Origin: Candidatus Limnocylindrales bacterium
GTDB lineage: Bacteria > Chloroflexota > Limnocylindria > Limnocylindrales > CSP1-4
Length of the DNA: 64,000 nt
Direction of reading: 5' to 3'
Assembly: GCA_036555445.1 (NCBI GenBank)
Contig: DATBLH010000022.1
Location: 11,226-75,225, forward strand
Shown one piece after another: positions 18,706-26,530 of this stretch (within the stretch, counting starts at the first letter, position 1; every line of letters begins with the position of its first letter). Below the pieces are notes generated by a model, which was not told the DNA's origin, made no database searches, and was given only the letters and a program-made list of their open reading frames with translations. A program made the position numbers and the translations under genes.

Positions 18706-20433
18706 ATGACCACGACCCCCGAGACGCCGTCGGCTACCGGTCCGAGGACGGCGGCCGACCTCCTCGTCGCGTGCCTCGAGGCGGAAGGCTGCGACTTCGT
18801 GTTCTCGGTGCCCGGCGAGGAGACGATGAGCATCCTCGACGCCCTCTCGCGCTCGTCGAGCATCCGCCATGTGACCACGCGCCACGAGCAGGGGGCGGCG
18901 TTCATGGCCGACGTCTACGGTCGACTCACCGGTCGCTGCGCGGTCGCGATGTCGACCCTCGGACCGGGCGCCACGAATCTCATCACCGGGATCGCCGACG
19001 CCTACCTCGATCGAGCGCCGATGGTCGCGATCACGGGCCAGGCGGGCTCGGACAAGCTGCACAAGGAAGCTCACCAGGTCGTCGACATCGTGAACATGTT
19101 CGAGCCGGTCACGAAGTGGAATGCGCGCGTCGAGCGCGTCGACGCGATCCCCGAGATCGTGCGCAAGGCATTCCGGGTCGCGACCCTGGAGAAGCCCGGC
19201 CCGACCCACCTCGAGCTGCCCGAGAACCTGGCCGCGATGGAGCCCGAATCGGGCGACGTCATCCAGCCGCTGCCGCCGACTCTCGCGTACTTCCCCGAGC
19301 CCACGGATCAGGCGATCGAGCACGCCGCGCGGCTGATCTCGGTCTCCGAGCGGCCTCTGATCCTGGCCGGCAACGGCGTCCTCCGCCGACGGGCGTCGGC
19401 CGAGCTGCGTGCCCTCGCACGCGGCCTCCACATCCCGGTGGCCGTGACGTTCATGGGCAAGGGCGCGATCGACGACCGCTCGCACCTGTCCCTGATGGCG
19501 GTCGGCCTCCAGGCACGCGATCACGTCCTCACCGGGTTCGATCGCGCCGATCTCGTGATCTCGGTGGGTTACGACCCGGTGGAGTACGCCCCGTCCCGCT
19601 GGAACCCGGACGGCAGGCAGCGGATCGTCCACGTCGATACCCAGCCGGCCGAGGTCGACGTCGCGTATCGGCCGCAGGTCGAGCTGATCGGGGACATCGA
19701 CGGGACCCTGCGCCGGTTGCTGTCCGCGCTCCAGCCACTCGGGATCTCGGGTCGTGACGCCACGGACCGCCATGCGGCCCGAGAGACGATCGTCCACGCC
19801 GATCTCCGCCAGCAGCTCCTCGAGGACATGGCGGCGTTCGAGCACGACGACAGCTTCCCGATCAAGCCCCAACGCGCGCTCGTCGAGCTGCGACGGCTCC
19901 TCGATCCCAACGACATCGTCGTCTCCGACGTCGGTGCCCACAAGATCTGGGTCGCTCGCCTGTTCCAGGCGTACGAACCGAACACGGTGATCATCTCCAA
20001 CGGCTTCGCGGCGATGGGGATCGCCCTCCCGGGTGCGATCGCGGCCAAGCTCGTCCATCCCGATCGTCACGTCGTCGCGCTGTGCGGCGACGGCGGGTTC
20101 CTGATGAACGTCCAGGAGCTCGAGACCGCGCGCAGGATCGGCGCCAACATCACCGCCGTGATCTGGCGCGACGACGGCTACGGACTGATCGACTGGAAGC
20201 AGCGCAATATCTATGGCCGGCCGTTTGCGGTCGAATTCGGCAACCCGGACTTCGCGGCCCTCGCCCGCTCGTTCGGCGTGGCGGGGTTCCGCGTGGAGTC
20301 GGGCGCAGATCTCGGGCCGGTGCTCGCGCAGGCGCTCGCCGTGGATGGGCCGTCGGTCGTCGAGATTCCGATCGACTATCGCGAGAATCTTCGACTCACC
20401 GAGCATCTCGGCGCGCTCCACGACATGGCCTGA
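18706..20433 (+). CDS. thiamine-diphosphate enzyme, catabolic acetolactate synthase (AlsS)-like
   Basis: AADLLVACLEAEGCDFVFSVPGEE, GPGATNLITGIADAYLDRAPMVAITGQ, and the ThDP motif GDGGFLMNVQELETARRIGANITAVIWRDDGYG. Confidence 0.85.
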   Translation: MTTTPETPSATGPRTAADLLVACLEAEGCDFVFSVPGEETMSILDALSRSSSIRHVTTRHEQGAAFMADVYGRLTGRCAVAMSTLGPGATNLITGIADAYLDRAPMVAITGQAGSDKLHKEAHQVVDIVNMFEPVTKWNARVERVDAIPEIVRKAFRVATLEKPGPTHLELPENLAAMEPESGDVIQPLPPTLAYFPEPTDQAIEHAARLISVSERPLILAGNGVLRRRASAELRALARGLHIPVAVTFMGKGAIDDRSHLSLMAVGLQARDHVLTGFDRADLVISVGYDPVEYAPSRWNPDGRQRIVHVDTQPAEVDVAYRPQVELIGDIDGTLRRLLSALQPLGISGRDATDRHAARETIVHADLRQQLLEDMAAFEHDDSFPIKPQRALVELRRLLDPNDIVVSDVGAHKIWVARLFQAYEPNTVIISNGFAAMGIALPGAIAAKLVHPDRHVVALCGDGGFLMNVQELETARRIGANITAVIWRDDGYGLIDWKQRNIYGRPFAVEFGNPDFAALARSFGVAGFRVESGADLGPVLAQALAVDGPSVVEIPIDYRENLRLTEHLGALHDMA

Positions 20434-20446
20434 GGCGCTGGCGGTC

Positions 20447-21013
20447 ATGCCGGCGATGGAGGTGCCGATCGGGACGAGCCGCCTGGCGATCGTGCGTGGC
20501 GACATCACCCGCGTCGAGGCCCACGCGATCGTAAACGCCGCGAACGAGTCGCTCGCGGGTGGCGGCGGTGTCGACGGCGCGATCCATCGGGCGGGCGGCC
20601 CGGCGATCATGGCCGATCTCGAGCGCCGCTACGGTGCCATCGGGGTCCGGCGCTGCCCGACCGGGCGTGCGGTGCTCACCGATTCCGGCGAGCTGCCCGC
20701 GCGCTGGGTCATCCACGCCGTGGGACCGCGCTGGCGAGGTGGAGGAGACGATGAGCCGGAGCTGTTGGCCGGCGCCTACCGCATGTCGATGGAGCTGGCC
20801 CGCGAGGTGGGCGCCCGGACGGTGACGTTTCCGGCGATCAGCTGCGGGATCTATGGCTACCCGCTCGACCAGGGCGCCCGGGTCGCGCTCCGCACGATCG
20901 CCGGCACCCTCCGGGAGCAATCCGGGGAGATCGAACGGGTGACCTTCGTGCTGTTCTCGGCCGACACCTACGACGCGTTCGGGGACGAGCTCGGGCGGCT
21001 GCCGCCAGCCTAG
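20447..21013 (+). CDS. macrodomain protein (O-acetyl-ADP-ribose deacetylase-like)
   Basis: LAIVRGDITRVEAHAIVNAANESLAGGGGVDGAIHRAGGP...FPAISCGIYGYP. Confidence 0.88.
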   Translation: MPAMEVPIGTSRLAIVRGDITRVEAHAIVNAANESLAGGGGVDGAIHRAGGPAIMADLERRYGAIGVRRCPTGRAVLTDSGELPARWVIHAVGPRWRGGGDDEPELLAGAYRMSMELAREVGARTVTFPAISCGIYGYPLDQGARVALRTIAGTLREQSGEIERVTFVLFSADTYDAFGDELGRLPPA

Positions 21014-22047
21014 GCCGGAAGCAGCGCTCGCAGCTCGGCGTCCATCTGCCGCAGTGCCTCGATCGCGGCCACGACCTGGCTGGCCGAGCTCACCTGGACG
21101 TCCCGGTTGAGGGCTGCGCCATCGAGCCCGGGCCGGGCCGCCGCACTGACGGCCTGGAACTGGTCGGCCATCCGCAGCGGCAGGTCGCCAAGCCCGGGAA
21201 TCGACGCCAGGCGACCCGCCTGCTCGGCACTCGTGAACGCATCGGCGTTCGCCTGGCGGATGAGGCCCTTGAGGAGCTCCGGGCGCGCCTCCGCTCCCTT
21301 GTCGAGCTCGGCCTGGAGCGCCTCCTGGTCCGCGAACATCCGGTCGTCGGAGAGGGCAAGGTTGCGGATCTGGGACAGGATGCCAGGGGTGAACGAGTTC
21401 GCGGGGGAGGGTGTCGGCCCCGTGCTGGGCGATGGGCTCACGCTCGGCCCGATCGTGGGACCCGGAGTGGCCGGCGGGATGGAGGCCACGGAGCCCGACG
21501 GTGGTGGCGTTGGGCTGGGGATGATCCGCGGGAGTGTCCCCGCGATCGTCACCGGAACGGCGATCGCGGCCACCAGCAGGACCATGAGCGCGGTCGCGAC
21601 GCGCTCGGGCCCGAAGGTGGCACGAATGCCGCCCTGCGCGCGGGCGCGCGCGACCTGTCGCGCATGGACCAGCGGGGCCTCACGGGTCTCCGCGTCGTCT
21701 GCGGGCGTCGCGGGCGGGACTTCGCGGCGGGCGGGGTGAGCGGTCGTCGCTTCCGTGCTCGAGAGACCGGCGGCCGCGGCCCGTGCAGCGCGCAGGGGAA
21801 GGACCGCTCCGCGCTGGCCGGGCGGCTTCTCCTCCGGCGGTGGGGACGCCGCGTCGGGGGCGGGCGGCTTCGCGGGTGCCGTGGTCGTGCGCGACCTGCC
21901 CGTCGTCTGGCTCGGGCGCCGGGGTGCGGTGCGGCGTCGGACGCCGGCCGGCGTCTCCTTGGAGCGACTCCGACGCGGTCGGCGAGGTGCCGCGCCGTCA
22001 CCGCCTTCGGCGGCGTCGTCCGGTCCTGGCCCCGGTGGTGGCGTCAC
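21010..22047 (-). CDS. hypothetical single-pass membrane protein with a Pro/Arg-rich N-terminus and a helical C-terminal domain
   Basis: The GTG start overlaps the upstream stop (GTGA). TM segment is ATALMVLLVAAIAVPVTIAGTL. GC3 bias is consistent with coding. No family recognised. Confidence 0.55.
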   Translation of the reverse strand: MTPPPGPGPDDAAEGGDGAAPRRPRRSRSKETPAGVRRRTAPRRPSQTTGRSRTTTAPAKPPAPDAASPPPEEKPPGQRGAVLPLRAARAAAAGLSSTEATTAHPARREVPPATPADDAETREAPLVHARQVARARAQGGIRATFGPERVATALMVLLVAAIAVPVTIAGTLPRIIPSPTPPPSGSVASIPPATPGPTIGPSVSPSPSTGPTPSPANSFTPGILSQIRNLALSDDRMFADQEALQAELDKGAEARPELLKGLIRQANADAFTSAEQAGRLASIPGLGDLPLRMADQFQAVSAAARPGLDGAALNRDVQVSSASQVVAAIEALRQMDAELRALLPA

Positions 22048-23153
22048 GAGACGGCGACTCCCACCCGGGGCGTGGGCCGGAGGCCCGCCTCGAGGTGCTC
22101 ACCGGTCAGCCCGGCGATGCCGCGCATCGCGATCAACGCCCGGGTCGGCTGGGACCGGTGCGAGATGATGCATCGGTCGTTGACGCACAGCGGATCCAGC
22201 TCGTCGAGCGGGCGGCGAAGGACCACCGAATCGGGGGATGAATCGAGCGGCCCGAGCACCTGGAACTCCACCCCGGCACGGACGATCGCATAGCGCGCCC
22301 CGACGACGAGCCCGGCCGTGCCGCCCGTGAACACGCCGGTCGCGAGGAGGGACGTCGGCGACGATGCTCCGTCGCCCGGGTCTGCAGCGGGGCCGGCGAC
22401 CGCCGCCTCGAGCGGACGGGCCGCAGGCGTACCGTTGCGCTCCGCTCCGCTCCCGGGAGCGGCGGCCGCTGGCATGACGAACGATCCGCCGGTGATGCCC
22501 GAGAACGCGGTCGCGGCGGTCGCGGCGGGTGCGGCGGGCGCGGTCGGAGCCGGGGCCGGCACGCGGACCTCCGGGACCGGCGTGGGTCGCGCCGACGGGG
22601 CCGGTTCCACGGGAGCCTGGCGGGCGGGAGGCGGTGGGAGTTCCCGTGTCGTCTCCTGGGCGACCGGCACTTGCTGGGCCGGGGCCGGGCCGCCGGAGGT
22701 CCACGGCATCGACGGGGCCGTGCTGGCGGCCGGTTCCGTCCAGGTCGGTGGGGGCGAATCGGGAACCGCCGACGGGACCGGCTCCGGGCGTGCCGATCGC
22801 CGAGTACCAGCTCGATCGCCGCGAACCGGCAGGAGCGCGGGATGGGCGACGGCCCTCGTCGCCGCACGCCCGGCCACCACGCCGATCAGCGGGCCGCGCG
22901 CCGGCTGGGTCGTATCCACGCCGCAGTTGTCACATCGTCGAAGCCACCCACGGGTGCGCGTCCCGCACACGGGACAGATCGCGGGCGGCGACAGCCATAC
23001 GAGGACCGGCCCCAGCGGACCCAGGGCCACGCCGTAGATGAACCAGAGGATGGCGCTCCGGCGACGCGCAATGGCGATCTGGGCCGCAAATGTGCCCGAA
23101 ATCGACAGGATGGTGACCGCGGTCAGCCCGAGGCCGATGAGAAAGGAATCCAA
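22044..23153 (-). CDS. hypothetical membrane protein (2 TM, CxxC...CxxC zinc-ribbon, long Pro/Ala-rich linker, unknown C-terminal domain)
   Basis: MDSFLIGLGLTAVTILSISGTFAAQIAI...ICPVCGTRTRGWLRRCDNCG. GC3 bias is consistent with coding. No family recognised. Confidence 0.55.
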   Translation of the reverse strand: MDSFLIGLGLTAVTILSISGTFAAQIAIARRRSAILWFIYGVALGPLGPVLVWLSPPAICPVCGTRTRGWLRRCDNCGVDTTQPARGPLIGVVAGRAATRAVAHPALLPVRGDRAGTRRSARPEPVPSAVPDSPPPTWTEPAASTAPSMPWTSGGPAPAQQVPVAQETTRELPPPPARQAPVEPAPSARPTPVPEVRVPAPAPTAPAAPAATAATAFSGITGGSFVMPAAAAPGSGAERNGTPAARPLEAAVAGPAADPGDGASSPTSLLATGVFTGGTAGLVVGARYAIVRAGVEFQVLGPLDSSPDSVVLRRPLDELDPLCVNDRCIISHRSQPTRALIAMRGIAGLTGEHLEAGLRPTPRVGVAVS

Positions 23154-23249
23154 CCTGCTCCGATCACGCCTCCGTTGCGCCCCGTTGGAGCGGACGCTTC
23201 ATGCTACCCGACGACTACGTGGAGCGACCGTGTGACGGACCCCCGACGG

Positions 23250-23978
23250 TCACTCGACGGTGCCTCCGGGCTCCGGGGCGTGCACCTCCACGTCACCCAG
23301 CCCTCGCTCGGCGAGTTCCGAGCGGAGCGCGTCCGGTGTGCCGGCGAGGGCCGGAAACGTGCCGTAATGGAGGGGCATGACGTGCCTGACACCCAGCCAC
23401 TCGACGGCCATCGCCGCCTCCCGCGGGCCCATCGTGAAGTGGCCTCCGATGGGCAACAGCGCGAACTCGGGCCGGTAGAGCTCGCCGATCAGCCGCAGAT
23501 CGCCGAACAGCGCGGTGTCGCCGGCATGATAGAAGCGGAACCCGTTCTCGAGCTCGACCACGGCCCCGACGGGCTCGCCGAGATAGATCGGCACCTCGGC
23601 CGTGCCATAGATGTCGCCCGCCGAGTGGTCGGCATGGGTGAGCGTGACCTTCACGCCACGCGCCTCGACCGTGCCGCCCTTGTTCATCCCGATCACGGTG
23701 TCCTTGTGGGCGTAGTTGCGACCGAGCCACAGGGACAGCTCGTGGATGCAGGGCCAGGTCGGCCGGGTCCGGCTCGCGATCGCGAGGCAGTCACCGAAAT
23801 GGTCGAAGTGGCCGTGGGTGACGATCATCACGTCGCACCGATCGACCTGTTCCGGGGGCTTCGGGCTCTTCGGATGGCTGAACCACGGATCGATCAGGAT
23901 CGTCAGGCCGCCCGGGGTTCCGACCTCGACGCACGAGTGTCCGTACCAGGTGAACGTGGTGTCGCGACCGAGGGGCAT
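23250..23978 (-). CDS. UPF0173-type metal-dependent hydrolase (MBL fold)
   Basis: TWYGHSCVEVGTPGGLTILIDPWF...DVMIVTHGHFDHFGD. Confidence 0.85.
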   Translation of the reverse strand: MPLGRDTTFTWYGHSCVEVGTPGGLTILIDPWFSHPKSPKPPEQVDRCDVMIVTHGHFDHFGDCLAIASRTRPTWPCIHELSLWLGRNYAHKDTVIGMNKGGTVEARGVKVTLTHADHSAGDIYGTAEVPIYLGEPVGAVVELENGFRFYHAGDTALFGDLRLIGELYRPEFALLPIGGHFTMGPREAAMAVEWLGVRHVMPLHYGTFPALAGTPDALRSELAERGLGDVEVHAPEPGGTVE

Positions 23979-24043
23979 GAATCACCTCCGTCGGGATCGT
24001 AGCCTCGGACGGCCGCCCGCGAGGGCCACGCTACACTCCGGCC

Positions 24044-24880
24044 GTGCCCGCCGAGCGGATCGCCCAGAACCTCGCATTCATCAACTGGACGGTCCTGGTG
24101 GGCCTCGCGGTGGGCTCCTTCGGCGCCGTGGTCCTGGCCCGGCTCCGGACCGACGCTACCCGTGGCTTCGTCGCGTTCACCGCCGGCTGCGCCCTCGTCC
24201 TGGGCCTGCTCGGCCTCGCCTCCGACCTCGGGTTGCCACCGTCGCTGGTTGGTTCGCCGATCGTCGCCGATCCAACGTGGGACCAGCCGCGACGGATCGC
24301 GTTGGGGCTGTTCTGTGCCCTGGCGATCGGATACGCGATTGCCTTGGCGCGCCGCCGGCGCGCACCGATCCTCGCCGCCGGCGGACTCGCCGCGGCGGGA
24401 GCCACCCTCGCATTCGGTGCCCTCGGCTGGGGCGGCACGATCGCGGGCGCCGTACCCCTGCTGCTCCAGCTGGTCATCCTCGCGGCGGCGACCGGCGGGG
24501 TGTTCGCGGCAATGATCCTCGGCCACTGGTACCTCGTCACGCCACGCCTGTCCGAAGGGCCACTGGTGCTCTTTGCCCGGATCCTGACCGGGATCGTTGC
24601 CGCCCAGATCACGCTGTTCGTCGTCTGGGTCGCGACCGGAGCAGGGCCGGCTGGACCGGGTCCGTTCGGCGTGCTCGGCGGTCCGTGGGCCCTGTTCGTC
24701 TGGCTCCGGCTGCTGGTCGGGCTCGTGTTCCCGCTCGTGGTGTCGTGGGCGGCGATCCAGACCGCCCGCACCCGGTCGATGGAGTCGGCAACCGGTCTCC
24801 TGTACATCGACGTCGGGGCGATCGCAGCCGGCACGATCCTGGCCTCGGGCCTTTACTTCGGGGCGGGCCTGCTCGTGTGA
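24044..24880 (+). CDS. hypothetical polytopic membrane protein
   Basis: About 8 hydrophobic segments and strong GC3 bias. GTG start. No family recognised. Confidence 0.6.
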   Translation: MPAERIAQNLAFINWTVLVGLAVGSFGAVVLARLRTDATRGFVAFTAGCALVLGLLGLASDLGLPPSLVGSPIVADPTWDQPRRIALGLFCALAIGYAIALARRRRAPILAAGGLAAAGATLAFGALGWGGTIAGAVPLLLQLVILAAATGGVFAAMILGHWYLVTPRLSEGPLVLFARILTGIVAAQITLFVVWVATGAGPAGPGPFGVLGGPWALFVWLRLLVGLVFPLVVSWAAIQTARTRSMESATGLLYIDVGAIAAGTILASGLYFGAGLLV

Positions 24881-24902
24881 GCGGGGTCGAGCCACCTACA
24901 GG

Positions 24903-25664
24903 ATGACGATCCACGTTCGGCTGTTCGCGATCCAGCGAGAGCTGGCCGGGACGCGGGCCGTGGACCTCGAGGTTTCCGACGGTGCGACGATCGAGGACGC
25001 ATGGGTCGCGCTCGTGGAGCGCTTCCCGATCCTCGCCCCGGGCCGCCCGGCGATCCGGTTCGCGGTCAACGGGGAGTATGCGGACGCCGACCGGGCGCTC
25101 GCGCAGGGCGATGAACTCGCCTGCATCCCACCCGTGAGCGGCGGTGACCCGGACGACGCGCGGCGGATCCTGGAGCTGCGTGCCGAGCCGTTCGGGGCCG
25201 GCATCCTGGCCGAGCTCGGCGACCGGCTTGCGACCGACGCGGACGGTGCGGTGGTCGGCTTCCTCGGTCGCACGCGGGTCACCCCCGGGACGCCGGCGCC
25301 CGGCCAGGAGGCGGAAGCCGAGCGACACGCCGGGCGCAGCGTGGAGCAGCTGTCCTACGAGGCGCACGAGACGATGGCCCTGTCGGTCCTCGAGGCGATC
25401 GCGGACGAGATCCGGGACCGCTTCGGGGTCGAGCGGCTCGCGATCGTCCATCGCACCGGCGACGTCCCGCTCGGCCAGCCATCGGTCGCCGTCGTCGCCG
25501 TCGCGCCTCACCGCGATGCAGCGTTCCGGGCGGCGCGGCACGCGATCGACGAGACGAAGGGGCGGGCACCGATCTGGAAGGCGGAGCGATTCGGCGACGG
25601 TCACGTCTGGATCGGGTCACCGGCCCGGACGGGTCCCGCAGCGGCAGACGAGGGCGAGGGATGA
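24903..25664 (+). CDS. fused molybdopterin synthase MoaD-MoaE
   Basis: The N-terminal ThiS/MoaD fold ends in ...ACIPPVSGG. A MoaE domain follows (AVVGFLGRTR...LAIVHRTGDVPLGQPSVAVVAVAPHRDAAFRAARHAIDETKGRAPIWKAE). Confidence 0.85.
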   Translation: MTIHVRLFAIQRELAGTRAVDLEVSDGATIEDAWVALVERFPILAPGRPAIRFAVNGEYADADRALAQGDELACIPPVSGGDPDDARRILELRAEPFGAGILAELGDRLATDADGAVVGFLGRTRVTPGTPAPGQEAEAERHAGRSVEQLSYEAHETMALSVLEAIADEIRDRFGVERLAIVHRTGDVPLGQPSVAVVAVAPHRDAAFRAARHAIDETKGRAPIWKAERFGDGHVWIGSPARTGPAAADEGEG

Positions 25665-26497
25665 GGGTCTATCTCAGCGTGGACATGGAGGGCATCGCCG
25701 GGATCAGCCATCCGGGTCCAACCGGACGCGACGACAAGGGCTATCCGGCCAGCGTGGAGCTGATGGTCGGCGAGGCGAACGCGGCGATCGAGGGCGCCAT
25801 CGCGGGCGGTGCCACCGACATCCTCGTGAACGACAGCCACGGCGGGATGTACAACCTGCGACCGATCGACCTCCACCCGGCGGCCCGCGTGCTCCAGGGC
25901 CGGAAGACGTGGTCGATGGTCGCGGGTGCGCAGCCCGCCGAAGGCGAGGCGCCGTTCGGCGTGGCCCTGTTCGTGGGCTATCACGCCCGCGCCGGCCATC
26001 CGACCGGCACGATCGCGCACACGTTCACCGGTCGCCCCACGCTCACGACGCTGGCCGGGCGACCAGCTGGCGAGACCGCGATCAACGCATCCGTGCTCGG
26101 TGCCTGGGGCATCCCGGTCGGTCTCGTCGCGGGCGACGATGCGCTGGCGGACGAGGTTGCCGATTGGCTGCCGGCGGCCGAGCGCGTCGTTGTCAAGCAC
26201 GGCGCCGGAGGCTGGGCGGCGGCATCCATTCACCCGGAGCGGGCGCGTGACCTCATCCGTGACGGTTCGCAGCGGGCGGTGCAGCGCGCTGCGGCGGGTG
26301 ACCTGCGACCACTGGTGGTCCGGCCGCCGGTGACGATCGAGGTCGAGTACCACCTCGGGATCGAGGCTGACTACGCGGCGATCGTCCCGGGCGCCGAGCG
26401 GTATGGCGATCGCGGCGTGCGGTTCACGGCCCCGGATCCGGTGACCGCCTATCGCGGCTTCCTGGCCGGCGTCCGGCTCGCGGCGACCGTGGAGTGA
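25661..26497 (+). CDS. M55 family metallopeptidase (DppA-like D-aminopeptidase)
   Basis: MRVYLSVDMEGIAGISHP...EANAAIEGAIAGGATDILVNDSHGGMYNL. ATGA overlap with the preceding gene. Confidence 0.85.
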   Translation: MRVYLSVDMEGIAGISHPGPTGRDDKGYPASVELMVGEANAAIEGAIAGGATDILVNDSHGGMYNLRPIDLHPAARVLQGRKTWSMVAGAQPAEGEAPFGVALFVGYHARAGHPTGTIAHTFTGRPTLTTLAGRPAGETAINASVLGAWGIPVGLVAGDDALADEVADWLPAAERVVVKHGAGGWAAASIHPERARDLIRDGSQRAVQRAAAGDLRPLVVRPPVTIEVEYHLGIEADYAAIVPGAERYGDRGVRFTAPDPVTAYRGFLAGVRLAATVE

Positions 26498-26530
26498 CGG
26501 GCCGCTGACACGCTGACGCATACTCGGATC

